Shown one piece after another: positions 12,085 through 25,045 of a stretch of 64,000 nucleotides of DNA. The position numbers and the translations under genes were made by a program. A model generated the notes under the pieces. The model was not told the DNA's origin, ran no database searches, and saw only the letters and a program-made list of their open reading frames with translations. Every line of letters starts with the position of its first letter. Position 1 is the stretch's first letter. This stretch comes from Plasmodiophora brassicae (Eukaryota). The stretch lies in the NCBI GenBank assembly GCA_036867785.1, contig CP145410.1:682001-746000 (forward strand). The letters are read 5' to 3'.

Positions 12085-13002
12085 ATGGATGCAGGCGAAC
12101 TTGCCTGTGCGAACTGCGGCGCGGCCGGCGTCGCCGTTCAGGGCGACAGGCCTCTCTGCGGGTAGACGTCGGCGTTTATCGAGCGAATAACCATGAACTG
12201 AGCGAGTGTGGGCAGGGCGTGCCTCGAGGCGCTGATACTGCGAAAGTTTCGCCAGACTCTGCGCGCTTCACGACTTCCTCGTGGCGCGCGTATTGTTGTT
12301 GGACATGGCGCGTCGACGTGCTCTACTGTGCTCACAGAACTGCTGGCGCGTTCGGTCCAGTCTGACGATGCGCTGTCTGTTACGGTCGTCTCTGCGGGCG
12401 ACGTACCTGTTCAAACGATGCCTCGCGACTGGACGCATTGCTCGATTCCAGTACGAGATGATGAAAGGCAGGGATTATGCGGCAATGACGTGTTCGAGTG
12501 GCGACGAGGTCGGGTTCTTCGGGAACTGATCGACAAGGCGCACTATGATAATGCTGTGGCTGTTCTGCTCGGCGACTGTTCCGACAGAATCGCTTGTGAG
12601 ATGCTGTCCTGCATTGCGACCAAGGGGCGTGCGCTCGGTGCTGTTGAACGATCCCAGCCGTTGTGTGATGTGGACGGGATCAGGGTCATTCGACCAATGA
12701 TTCACCTGACCCGTCAACAAATTCACGCCTGGTGCCGACATCGAGGACTCGCTATTCGCGAACCCGACACCGGCCTGTCTGGTGTTCGGCAGATGACATC
12801 GGAATTTTTATGTCGACTGCAAGCAACGTTCCCGGCGTGCGTCTCGAATATCATCAGAACCAGCGCCAAGCTGGAACGCCCAAAGTCTTCGACCCCATGC
12901 CGGCGTTGTTTCGACCCACTCCCTGATTCCGCCAGCACCGTCTGTCCTGCATGTACCCATCAGGGGATCGACCTGCCCATGAATACAGACGATCCCCGGT
13001 AG
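12085..13002 (+). CDS. CTU2: Cytoplasmic tRNA 2-thiolation protein 2 (CTU2/Ncs2)-like
   Basis: N-terminal CANC...PLC|xAC zinc motif, VLLGDCSDRIACEMLSCIATKGR, VIRPM, FLCRLQATFPACVSNIIRTSAKL and C-terminal CRRC...CPAC. Confidence 0.75.
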
Positions 13003-13217
13003 TGTTCTGTGAATGCTGCCGAAATTTGATGTGCCACGTAGTTAGGCGCAAAGTGGTCACGTTCAGTTTCGATGTATACGTCAACCTATTCGCTACTCGC
13101 CAATGCGTAACACTACAAATTGAGCTTCGTTGAATCAAACAGGGCAGTAGAACTCGGATAATGCCAGTCGGAAGGGTATGGCAGGTGCACAGTTCATAAA
13201 CAACAAGAGATATCTCT

Positions 13218-14704
13218 TCAAGTGGCATTCGCATTCTGCACCATTACGTCCTTCGTGGTCACGATTGCTGGGCGAAAGGGTTTCGGTTTCGCCATCATTA
13301 TGTGGCACAAACTTGTCAACGACCGTGTCGTCATTTCGACCGACCAGAAGAGCGCCCAACCAATATGCGTGAATAGGAACATTGTAGCCCCGATTGGCAG
13401 CACAGCGATGTGTAACAGCTTGGCCAGTGCTAGGCAGAATGTCCACTTGCTCAACCGAGACAGAAACATGTCCATTGAGGGGCCAGATGTTGCACTACGC
13501 GTCTTGCGGGCCTGTTCCTCAATCAGTTTGGCGTGGGTCTGGAAACGTACAGATTGCACAAGGAAATTCGATCCAACGACCAGCTGAAGGAAGAAAATTA
13601 ATACGGGCGTGAGGTTGAGCAGTAGGCCTGGACGATGCGGCGCGTATACCCAGGCGACTGACGTGGCAGTGTCCAGCGCAAGTGGTACCAGGTATAAAAC
13701 GTATCGTAGCACGTGGTACTGATCCAGGGCACGTCCCAGCCACGATATCGGCATTTCCGGCGCGCTCTGTTTCAGAGCCTGGCCCCAGAGGAGGGCCGCC
13801 AGAATGTCACAGGTGAATCCCCAACCAGACAATACCGTGATAAAGAATTGGCAGACGCCGCGCGATATGTTCGGCGTAGACAGCCATCCTCCGACCCCAA
13901 TGACAATCGCCATGGCGAGGCACGTGCTAATCTCAATCAGCAGGATCAGGTAAATGTGCGACCGCTTCTTCAATCCTTCGACAAATTTGTGCCAGGAGAA
14001 CCTTTGGTTTGCCATGGCCGCCCCAGGTGGCGACCGAATGCTGGCGGTTTGCCGCAAGTGTTGTACCAGATAAAACCATGCCCACAGGGTACACAGTGCA
14101 AACAGCATCGTTGGAATCCACCGAACTGTCAGCTGCACAGGCCACGTGTGATAGAAACCGTCCCAGTCGTTGACGTCCGGTGCTACATTGACCCATCAAC
14201 CCCATTCTGTGCGTTCTCCATCGCGAACGTCAATAGGCCATCGTAAACGCTGCCGAGGAACAAGTACGTCATCGGGTCGGTGGACCGATCCCGGTCGCCA
14301 ATAGGCGGGTAGTTATGGTCGAACGGCTGACTTGTGTCGGCGTACAGTGCCAAGTCTATAACCGCTGCTGCTCCAGCATTGCTGAATCGATCGTATATGT
14401 TCTCCATAGTGCAGTATGCACTGGCACCGGAGATCGCTGCGGCAAACATGATCGCTCTGCCCCGAACCTCCGTCTCGTTCAGGACGCCATTGTCGCAGTA
14501 TGCCCCAGTGTAGACATAAACTTGCAGAGTCGTGTTCTTCGACGGGTACTGCGGGCCAATGTACCGATTGTACGTTGGCGAGTACAATGGCGGACCTCGA
14601 GCGAACACGGAATCGGCCGGCGACACAACCGTGACAGACGACTGGCAGCGAACCAAATGGAGGGCGACCCAGACGGCGACCCTCGGTAACGCTGGCCACG
14701 ACAT
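13218..14704 (-). CDS. Signal peptide + PA-domain-like ectodomain + 7TM membrane protein (GPCR-like)
   Basis: Signal MSWPALPRVAVWVALHLVRC, then PA-like EVRGRAIMF...CTMENIYDRFSNAGAAAVI. Seven hydrophobic segments lie in ORF 13218-14138. The junction near 14133-14200 is either an intron or a frameshift. Confidence 0.6.
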
Positions 14705-14920
14705 GCTGTCCATGGGCGAGGCGATATCTCGCATGCGCTCTCGCGATCGCCCATCGTACTCTGCCAGGATGGGCCTATATCTTCAAGTGGCGTTACGTTC
14801 GTGCGATGCAAAAATGAGGGCGAAAAGGAGGACGTGCAGACAACGGGCGACAAGCCGATCCTAACTGGGTTGGCAGCCCGGCCCGACTGGCCCAGGCGAA
14901 GCAGGACAACAATTTTGCGG

Positions 14921-15735
14921 ATGGCGGAGAGGGACGAGGCCGAGGCCAGCGGCGAACGCCCGGCTCTGAAATTTATCGACAGGCGACTGTCGGATCCGCA
15001 TGACGCCCGTCTCGTCGGCGCGCCGCTGTCGGCGGCCGATGACGGCGACGACAAGCTGAAGCGCATGGCCGACGCGTTTTCGACGATCATCGAGTGCCTA
15101 GGCGAGGACCCGCAACGGGACGGTTTGCGACTAACGCCGATGCGCGCGGCGAGGGCGCTTGCCTTCTTCACCAGCGGCTATGAGACATCGTTAAAGGGTA
15201 ATGACGGCCATGGGAGTTGGAGAAGCCACTTCTAAGGCAAGTGGTAGAGATCGTCGGCGGGGCCATTTTCGACGAGAACATTGATGAACTGGTTGTCGTC
15301 CGTGATATCACGATCCATTCCATGTGCGAGCATCATCTCGTGCCGTTCGTCGGCAAGGTTCACATTGGGTACAACACTTCACCCTGGTGTCCAATATTTT
15401 CAATGGCATAATACCACGAACTTGCCTCTAGGTATATCCCTCAAGGCTCGGTTCTGGGTCTATCCAAGCTTGCTCGAATCGCTGAGATGTTCTCTCGCCG
15501 TCTTCAAGTTCAGGAAAGGCTCACAAAGCAAATTGCTGAAGCGATCCAGCAGATCATTAACCCGAAAGGTGTCGGCGTCATCATTGAGGCGCAGCATTTG
15601 TGCATGACGATGCGGGGCGTGCAGAAAGATGGGTGCACAACGGTCACTAGTTCCGTGCTCGGTAGATTCAAAAGTGACCCGAGGACGCGAAGCGAGTTCT
15701 TCAATCACGTCGGGCGCCCCATGTCAGTCCTATAA
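14921..15735 (+). CDS. GCH1: GTP cyclohydrolase I, multi-exon
   Basis: [57 protein letters not shown] and [11 protein letters not shown]. Confidence 0.95.
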
Positions 15736-15810
15736 CGTACAGCGACTGTCGAGGGACGCTGTTGATTGTTGGAAATCGCTTTTACATACCCAGATGATAA
15801 AACGCTCCCA

Positions 15811-16759
15811 TTATGCCATCACAATGTAGATGGCAACAGCAAACAGGATGCAAAGGGTAATGATTGTCCACATGCTGGTTTCCCCATTGGCTGCCGCCTT
15901 CTGGACGGCGTCCATGCCTTGTTTCGTATCGTTTCGGACCGCTGAAATGTAACTGTCAATGTCATCTGCGAGGGTGCGTTCATCGTTTAGCACGCTGAGC
16001 ACTGGACGTGAAACGAAACGTTACTCAATAGCTGGCCTTGCTGAGCCGTCATTTCTGCGAAGTCCTGGAAAACATCTTGGACGATCGACACCTTCTGGTT
16101 GATCGATTTGATCGCGTTCTTCCGCTCCTGGTCAAGCTCCGCATCGAGTTGTGCCCCTTCTTCAAGAAGCACGAGTTCGTCTTCACCCGTTGCTTGGTCG
16201 CTTGCAAGCAGGCCCTGGTTTTCGCCATCGGCCTCGTCGCTGCCATGAACAAGATCAACCGACACCCGTCCGTATGGAGTATATAGTTTTACCGGTCAGC
16301 AACTGGGACATTGTGCTCCCTGGACTTTGCTTCGCGGCTGATCTGGTCGAACTCTTTTCTCAGCTGAGATAAGTCCCGTAATAGACGCTGCTGCCGACGT
16401 CGACGAACACTCTTCCATCACATATCAATCGGTGCCAATGGCGCCGCCCGACAAGCGTACATACTTCAGTTTTAGAATTCGCCGTGCCGACGAGTTTCCC
16501 CAGCGCCGTGGTCTTCTCCTCAACAGACCGTGCTATGCTCTGGATCTCTTCGCAAGCATCGCGTCTACAGCGACATTAATTCGCGATGAAGCGTCCGCAC
16601 AGCATCCGACTGCCTGTACATTGAACGACGAAGAACCATGTTGTCAGTTGAGACGCGTGAGGCTAGTTTCGAGAACGCCGACACGTTCGCACGGATCTGG
16701 TGCAAGTCTTGCTGCACGTGTTGTGCAGATCGTTCAAACTCCTCCTCGGTAATCGGCAT
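15811..16759 (-). CDS. Syntaxin (Qa-SNARE, SYP2/Pep12/STX7-like), multi-exon
   Basis: Habc-like N-terminus, SNARE motif QERKNAIKSINQKVSIVQDVFQDFAEMTAQQGQLL..DDIDSYI and a C-terminal TM segment MWTIITLCILFAVAIYIVMA. Confidence 0.85.
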
Positions 16760-17099
16760 GGCCACAACGACGAATCCGGCTCCTGAAGGAGCAACGTCGG
16801 TTGTTGGCGTTGAAGCCGTTCGACGGCACAGCGCAAGCTTCTGCACACTGTGACGGGGCGACTCCCGCATGTGAAATGCTCTCCAGATGACACAGGCTTG
16901 CATGCTGTTGTCAGCGGTAGGTTTGCACATTTCTACCGATGTTTGTGGAGCTTGTATGGCGGCCAATCCGGAGTACCGCCAACCACTCCATACTCTAGTG
17001 GAACCACCCTAGCCACGTAACGGCTACGTGACTTGGCCTTCACTATACTCCGTTGCGATGCACAAACCCGTCTACAAAGGTGATTGCCAGTTGCTATCG

Positions 17100-18619
17100 T
17101 TACAATTTAGAATGGGTCCATCCGACAAAAGCGCCAAGTGCGACGACAATGATCACTGGGATGTGAAGGCTGTCAACGCTGACGAAAGCGATTGCACTCA
17201 GAGCCACAAAGAACGGATATCCGCCAAGTGCGGTCGCCGTCGATGTGCCTGCGACGATGATCGCTTTCTGCCACAGAATGTACACGGCGCCGAACACCAT
17301 GCCGACCGCGACCGCGTTGAATCCCTGGTCATCGTTCAGTTGAACTCCAAACAGCGGTAATACACGTGCTTACCTTGAATACAGTCTGGACCTGCGGCAG
17401 ACGTCTAGTATTCTGCCACATAGAGAGCACCCCAGCCTTGATCATGAGACCAGGAAGGAATATCCCACACCAGGCAACCATCGATCCGACAACCATGTTG
17501 GATTGTCTGGCGGCCAGTGTACCACAGTATGCAGCAAAGTTAAAGTTAGGACCTACAACGGTTTTAGTACGCCCATCACAAACGGCACCGGATAAGACAA
17601 CGAACCTGGCATGGAGTTGATGATCGCCAGTCCGAATAGGAACTCGGCATCCGACATCCAACCTCGCACGACGACGGATTGATACAGCATTGGAATGACA
17701 ACAGGGCCGCCACCGAAGACAATACAGCCGACAGTGTAGAACGTGGCGCCGATTTGTACGAGCAACGGCACTTGAGCCGTCTGTAGCGGAATAGTGATGG
17801 CTAAGAGCACAACAGCCAGCGCTGTGAGCATTGCGCCAGTTCGAGCCGAATAGGTCGTCAGAAGGACGGCCTCGGTTACTTTCGAGTCGTGAGCCGCCAC
17901 CTCAGCGGCACCACTACCGGCCCAGTCCTTGCGCTTCTTTGCTGCGAACGTGACAGCACCGCCAGCAGCCATCATAGTTGGAATCAGCCAGGGAACCGAC
18001 GTGAAATTAATGAGGAATGATGCAGAAAGGACAGCCAGACACGTCTCGACACGGTCGGTTAGGATTTTAGATCCTAGGCGGTACGCCGCCAAAGCGACTA
18101 AAGCGACCGCAACAGCACCCAAACCGTTCTCGATACTGACCGCACCATCTGGCATGCCATTTGCACCGAGATGATCGATCGCGAAAGCAATACCAGCCAT
18201 GGCGATAGCCCCTGGGACGCTTCGACCATCATTTTAGCGGCCAGGGCAATACCGAATTCGAACAAGTTACTGTTTACCTCCATATCAGGAAGCATAGGAT
18301 ACCAGCAAGAGGGCCACCTTTGAGCAGGGCGATCGAGAACGCGATCTGAGTACTAGCCGGCCCGGGCAGTGCATTGGAAATGGCCAGGATTTCAGTGAAT
18401 ACCGATTCGGAGAACCATCTATGCCTGACCACAAACAAGTCGAGCATAATGGCGATGTGTGCCTACAGGTCTACCTGTTCAAATACACCTAGAATCGAGT
18501 ACACCACATCCGAACGAATACCTGAGGTCCCCCGAACGTTATGAAGGGAAGCGGTAGATACAGCTTGATAATATCAAGCAGGGACACCGTGCGCCGATCA
18601 CCACTGGATAAGGCGACAT
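17100..18619 (-). CDS. Chromate ion transporter (CHR family, two-domain), multi-exon
   Basis: Second domain has FGGGPVVIPML, GWMSDAEFLFGLAIINSMPG and GIFLPG. The first domain has TFGGPQ and LAISNALPGP on the minus strand near 18350-18545. Confidence 0.88.
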
Positions 18620-19331
18620 AGTCAACGCGGTCTTGCGCTCGCATGCCAACTGGCCGCGCACACGGTTGCGAGAAGCGCCAGGTGATGTGCTGGTGTCACC
18701 GAGATCGACTCTCTACTGGCCGGCCTGTCGCAGGCTCTGGTTCCGCGCGGAGCCTCGACGCTGCCCCAGGAATAACTGGTGCAGTAGGGGATCGACCCCA
18801 AGCAGAAACGTGCCTGCAAAGGCACCGACATGCCCGGTGTCAAGTGCCAGCTCATTTGTTGACCTCGTCGTCATGCGAATCATGTGGCCCTACCGTCGAC
18901 ACGGTCTACAGGTAGAAACCCGCCCAGTGGGCGGATGGCTGGACCACTGGGGACTTAACGAAAGTGGAACGTCGTAAAGGCGAAACCTGCAACGGCTGAA
19001 CTGCATCGTCAGTGGCCAGCAGCCCCAATGAGAACTTTACGAAACCTTGTTAAAACCCAACCGAGCCGTCCAATGGGCGCGGTTGTTCACGCCGTTTGCC
19101 GCAAGCCCGCGACTCCCCCGCCTCTTGACCCTTCGGTAGTGCCGTGCGGATGATGAGGGCGCCGCATGGCGACTGGCGCAGCATCCAGATTTGGATCCCC
19201 CGACCGGGGCTGCCGTGACCTCACGAACTGGTGGGTGGGGCTGGACACTCCGCGTTTGTGCTTGCTGCGTCTGGTCTGGACGCGTGGTACAACCCGGGGA
19301 GTCGTGGAGAGCTCTGGCCGGTCCTGCTGCA

Positions 19332-21043
19332 ATGCAGATGCCCCCGATCATGTCGATGATCTTTGCCGCTTTCCTAATCGTCTATGTCCGCGCAGGTATC
19401 GACGACCCTGTCGACGAGGACGACGTCGTGGACCCGCATGTTCCCCTCACCGCGCACTCTGTGGAAGCCTACGACCAACTTCGCAAACAACTATGGACAC
19501 CTGATTTTGACAAGCGATTGCATTCACTTGCTGTGCTCTTCGATCTAAAGAGGATGTCACAGGAAGAACAGAATTGGCATGATTTCTGGAGCTTATTCCG
19601 ATCGACGCCTCGGGTTTGACGGTGATTGCTTGCTATTGTAGAAAGTTTGATTGGCGAGTCCAGGTCGACGAAATGGAGAAACTCTTCCTCGCTGTTCGAA
19701 ACGATCCGTATTTGTCGCAATTCTTGGTGATCAACGCCATGCTTGCAACTGTGTGATGCGGTGCTGACAATGAATAGAACGAGGGCCGCGCTGCCTACTT
19801 GCAAGAGCAGCAGGACCGAATGGCAATGGAGGAAGTAAGTGCCGAATCCAAGGCACGGTAACGACAGGTTTTCACCCGTTGCAGGAACTGGCATCAAAGA
19901 CCAAACTGATTAGAGACCAAACGGTAGCAGCTGTGGTTCCAGTTGCAAACGAGTTACTGACGTCCTCTTCAGACGCTTATTAAAACAACGTCTGAAAGCA
20001 TGGCGTCTCTCGTGTGGAAACTCGCTCTCGCTGAACAGGAGGCGAGTGAAGTCAAGACGCTGAAGGACGATATTAACCGCATCACTGCGTCCCATGACGA
20101 ACGTTCGAAGGAGATTGCACAGCTTCATGCGGCCCAAGCACTTGACGCTATGCGCGCGCAGAACTTGGTATGTACTGACATTAGCGTCCGGTCGAAATGT
20201 TAACACGAAGACAGAGTGCAACGATTGACGAACTGTCGAACAAGCTCCATACTGCTACCCTAGAGTCGCAGAACCTGGCAGGGCGCTCACCTGGCACCAG
20301 TCTTATCGTTGCAACTGACTACAGCGTCGCTTCAGCGGTCGCAGCTCAAGGCCGAGGCCAATATGAATGAAGAGCTTCTCAAGACAAATGACGACCTCAA
20401 GGCTAAACTGGAACAGTCTAATGCCGAAATCCAGGTATTACGACAAACGTCGCGTTGCCACACATAGCGCGTCTAACTGTCTGTCCACAGAAACTGCAAG
20501 GGTTGTCAATGGCGCCATTTCGCCCGCAGGAACCATATCGTCATGGGCCACCACCGGTGCCATGTTCTGTGCATAACTCGGGTTGCGCGTCCATCTCACA
20601 TCGCTCTGTTCACCAGGTTGAGCCCACCAAGGAGGCGGAAGAATTATCGCTCGGTGGTAATGTCCCGTTAGCCTCTTCAGCTTCTCTGTCGTCGCACCCA
20701 TCGTCTGGGATCGCATTGGAAGAGTACAACGGCCAGTAGCGATCTTACTCCGGAACTTGATTGCTAGGTCGTCAAGTGAATCCGAGACCAAAGTGACGTC
20801 GCCGAAATCCAGCCGATGGTCCGGCGTGGTTACCCGTTTGCTTACGAAGACCAAGTCCTCGTCCAGTCTGTCGAGAAAGTGATATTCGCCGGCACGTTAT
20901 GGCCACTCTCCTCGCATTACACGCCAGCACAGGCTCCGTTGTCAACATCAGCTCCTGGTAACTTCGTAGCCCGCGTGCTATGTATGTATGTACTGTAGGT
21001 AGGACAGCGACCAAAATAGGCAGTCATCGTCATTCCCGAAATA
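19332..21043 (+). CDS. Hypothetical protein with signal peptide and coiled-coil exons (multi-exon, ends uncertain)
   Basis: N-terminus MQMPPIMSMIFAAFLIVYVRAG, then coiled-coil exons such as LAEQEASEVKTLKDDINRITASHDERSKEIAQL, separated by GT-AG introns. Confidence 0.45.
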
Positions 21044-21131
21044 GAATCTGGGTCGTCCTGGGCGCCGCCGCCGTCGCGTCAACACTAGGCGTCGTTGTAG
21101 CATCGAATAGCACCTAGTATACATCAAATTC

Positions 21132-22761
21132 ATGACGACCGCATCGAACGTCATCCCACACGATGATGATAACCTGCATGCGCGGTAGGTTGACCTGTCG
21201 CCCCTCTGCTCCTGCTTCGTTGTGCTCACATTTTATTCAAGGCAGCGCTCTGAGACGACGCTGTCGTCCGTCTGCACGTACGCCACGTTCACTGGATACG
21301 TGTCTATCCTCGTTGTCGCGAACATCGACGCCGGTGGAGTGCCGGCCTCATTAGAAGGCATAAAGCGCTCTGTACGTAGTTTGGCTGGATTTCCTATCGG
21401 TATGATGATCTCTGACACGTTGTAGGTTGACCTGTCGTACATGGAGGAAGGCTTGCTCGGTGCCGTTGTATATATTGGCGTTGCCGGTTCGTCGATCGTC
21501 GCCGGTCCAGTATTTCATTTCCTCAACGTCAAATGGACCCTTGTGTTGATGACGATCGTCAATGGCGCCGCGTCAACCTTGTTCGCCTTGGGCAAATCCA
21601 CAATCGTCCTTCTGATGTCGAGAGCTGTCGTTGGCATCACGCAAGCATTCCCGATCATCTACGCTCCGGTATTCGTGGACACGTTTGCTCCAAAGGCGCG
21701 AGCAACGCTCTGGATGTCCATGGTTCTGCTGGCGTCGCCTGTTGGCATTATGTTGGGATACGCTGCTGGCGTATTCGCTACAAGTCTTGAACGGTCCTCA
21801 CCACTAGACTGTGTCCTGGACCCCTGGAGAGTGCCCTTGCTCCTGCAAGGTATTGTCCTGCTGGTTTTCGGCGCATTCGGGCTTCTGGTTCCTGAGAGGC
21901 ATCTGGTTGCCGGTCGAACCATGTCGCCCGGGCCACTCATGGTGCCGTCGTCAGCGAACGCGTTCCGCTCACTCGTATCGAACGGTGTCTTCGTGTGGAC
22001 GACTGTCAATCTGTCTATCCTGTATTTCGTGGTCACCGGTATCCAGTTCTGGATTACCGTGTACCTCACTGAAGTCGTCCATGCGGACCCTGTACAAACC
22101 GGCCTCGCCTTCGTTGCGATCAGTGCAACTGGACCGACGGGTGGCGTCGTCTTCGGCGGTTGGATGACCGACCTGATGGGTAATGGCTCCCACTGCGTTC
22201 CTGATAGCGTCGGGTCTAATTGTTGTCGAACTGTTGACAGGCGGATACAGTGGACCCCGTCAGACGCTGACGTCACTGAAAGTCAGCGCCGTCCTGAGCG
22301 TCCTGGCGATCGCTGCCTGTATCGGGGTCATGTTCGCCAACTCGCTTACGGTCGTCATGGTTCTCGTCTTCATCCTTCTATTTGCTGGAGGTAAGTCGCT
22401 GCGGTGCCGCCGTCTGTCTACCGTCGTCACCCATATCCATTCAGGCGCGACGGTACCGTCCTGTACCGGCATCCTTGTCAGCTCTGTGCCTCTATCGCTG
22501 CGTTCGTACGCGTCCTCTATCAGTCAGTTGTCGTTCAACATCTTTGGATACGCCCTGTCCCCGCTGCTGTCCGGTTTCGTGATGCAGATCACGAAGCAAC
22601 GGTCCTCGGGCTTCTACTCCGTTCTCCTGTGGAGCCTTTTATCCATTCCCGCCACAGCTTTCGGCCTTCGGGCCGCATCGCGACGGTTGCCCCAGTGCCC
22701 ATCGTCCAAGTCTAGTAACCCATCCACCGATCAAGACAAGTGTGGCGAAACGTCAATATAA
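21132..22761 (+). CDS. MFS transporter, spinster-like, multi-exon
   Basis: ANIDAGGVPA, SRAVVGITQAFPIIYAPVFVDTFAP, LYFVVTGIQFW and FNIFGYALSPLLSG; many TM helices. Confidence 0.85.
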
Positions 22762-22768
22762 GGTCCAT

Positions 22769-24733
22769 TCAACAATTGGTCGTCTGTCGGCGAAACCGGG
22801 CCAGATTTGGTCGGGGAGGCAAAGGTCTGCGACCCGCTCGGGTGATGGCCAGTGGGACGACGGACGGACGCCCATGGGCACACTGGAACGGGAACTTGCA
22901 CGTGGCCAGTCGACCGACAAGGGCCCCGCATTGCTCGACGCTAAGGACATCGCCGAACATTATGGCCGACCGGCACGCTTTCGACGCTAGGACCGACTTC
23001 AGCCGAGGTGGCACCGTCCCTGACGAATGTAGGGAGCGAACATAACCGAGAAGATCCTCGCTGGTCAAGCGCTCCCCGAAAATCACTGGTACTCGTCGCA
23101 ATGCGAACCTGCCCTGCAGGCCGACGACCTGAAATCCCCACTCCTCGATCCTGTCTTTGACTTGCTCGAGCAGGTCGAGGTCGCCGGACGACCAGGCCAG
23201 GGTTACGGCCGGACTGACCGTCATCGTCGTCAGTATGGCTTTCTGCCTACGTGCCTCCATCTCGTGTTCAAGTTGTTCCAGCCGGACGCCTGTAGGAGCA
23301 GTAGGAGCAGGGGATCAGCTAAGCACACACGTTCTCCATTGGTCCAAGGCTTACGTTCATCGGCGGCATGCTGGTCGATGACAATAACAGCATTGCCGTC
23401 GACGACCGCAACGATGAACTTGCTGTCCACCTGACGTAGGACACGCGCGTTCACCAACATGGACCGGTCCAGTGCGACCGGCGTCGTGTTTGGCGGCGAC
23501 GATGCCGACCCCCGACAGCAGAACCGCTTCGATCCCGACACCTGAACGCCACGCCACAGGCGCACCACTGATCCACCATCGGGCCGTTGCGTCCGTTTCG
23601 CTGCGATGGCGCTGCTCACAGGCGTAGGCGGACGCTGGCGACCCGTCGACCGGAACATGGATTCCAGGGCGTGGACGACTGCTGGTGCACGAACGGCAGC
23701 CTGGCCATATCGCGCTCGAATCGCATCGTGCACAGCACGCCGGAGGCACTCGACCAGATCGCTAGGCACCCTGCCCAGGTCATCCCAGTACACGCGGCAC
23801 GCTGGATCCCTCTCCGACCATACGACATCCCCTTGATCGTCGCCACCTTCAATGACTTGCATGCACCCGGAATCAGACCGTCGTTCGGCATGACACGTCA
23901 ACCAATAGCGGACCTGCAATGATCGTCGCCAGTGACGACGATGCCGGTATGCTCAGGGCGCGTTGGAGAGCGGCAATGACGCGCTGGAACGAGACGACGA
24001 CGTGCGGGGTGTCGGCCAATTGCCCGTTGACATACACGAGGTGAACGCATCGCCGATGATCGGTGTTCGTAAGGGACCCGATCAGGCCCCGGACACGATA
24101 TGTGGGACACGCCCAATGGAACTCGACGGCATCGTTGTCAGCGAACCCGAACACGTTGCCGAGGGCCGCTGCGATGGACGCGTTCTGGATGGGGCGCGTC
24201 GACAGTATGGTCTGGCGGCGTGGGCGATCTTCGACGATCCAGCGCACGTGGCAGTGCAGGAGGGCGACCCGCTGGACGGCCAGCCGCGTATGGGAGTGCG
24301 CCCTCGGGACGTTGTCCAGGGCGGCATCCAGGGCTCTGCGACGAACGGGAAGGTTGTGGAACAGGTTGGTGACATCGACTCGGGTCCCGGTCGGTGCCGC
24401 GCGATCCACCGTTTCCGAACGCGTGCCCGAATGGACATCCAGGGTGCAGAGGCGCCTCGAGTCGCCACATTTCGAGGTGACGTGGACATGAGCAATGTCG
24501 GCAAGCTGGGACAGGCCTGCGGCGACACCATTTAGGGCATCGGCGTTGAGGCCGTTGTCGCTGGAGATGACAGCGAACCCGCGTTGTGGGGCGTTAACAA
24601 GCACAGTGACCGTGGTCGGGTTCCAGTACATCGCCATGCGAACGACGGTCGACAGGGCGTGTTCGAACGAGGGCACGCGAGATGCGCTGGAGATGCGACG
24701 GGCGACATCATCCCTCAGGCGCTCACAGGGCAT
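22769..24733 (-). CDS. MLH3: MutL homolog 3-like protein with degenerate N-terminal ATPase
   Basis: Spliced DQHAADE|RVRLE endonuclease motif, SKACRSAIMFGD and FPFQCAHGRPSVVPL. The N-terminus retains GTRVDVTNLFHNLPVRR. Confidence 0.85.
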
Positions 24734-25045
24734 CGAGCCGACGGGCCAAATAATGGCAACCCGTCGGCCTGGTCACAGGAAGGAGAGTCGCCTAGGTGCC
24801 ACCGTCTGCCCCCTTCCCCAGATCGGCGGGGAACCCGCATCCAAGGCAAGCGCCTAAACGAAGCAAAGGCGATGGTGCCATCGTTAATGCGTATCGTGAG
24901 GGTGTTCACCTGTCAAATATCTTCTGTTGTGGCTAGATATCGCCTGCCTGCGTGGACACCATTGCATTCCAGCAAACAACATCGTGTCGCCGCTATCCCA
25001 CTACCTAACGGCACCACCAGACAAAGGAGGGGCGGCGCCCCGTTC

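Noticed and set aside
5614-24733. MSH2 and MLH3 as a mismatch-repair gene cluster
   Set aside because: They are about 14 kb apart with many unrelated genes between them, so chance proximity is sufficient.
24584-25045. N-terminal extension of the 370-aa ORF ahead of 7TM-RGS paralogue 1
   Set aside because: Alignment with the other two paralogues puts the start at ME (25046), and the extension overlaps the MLH3 start and promoter.
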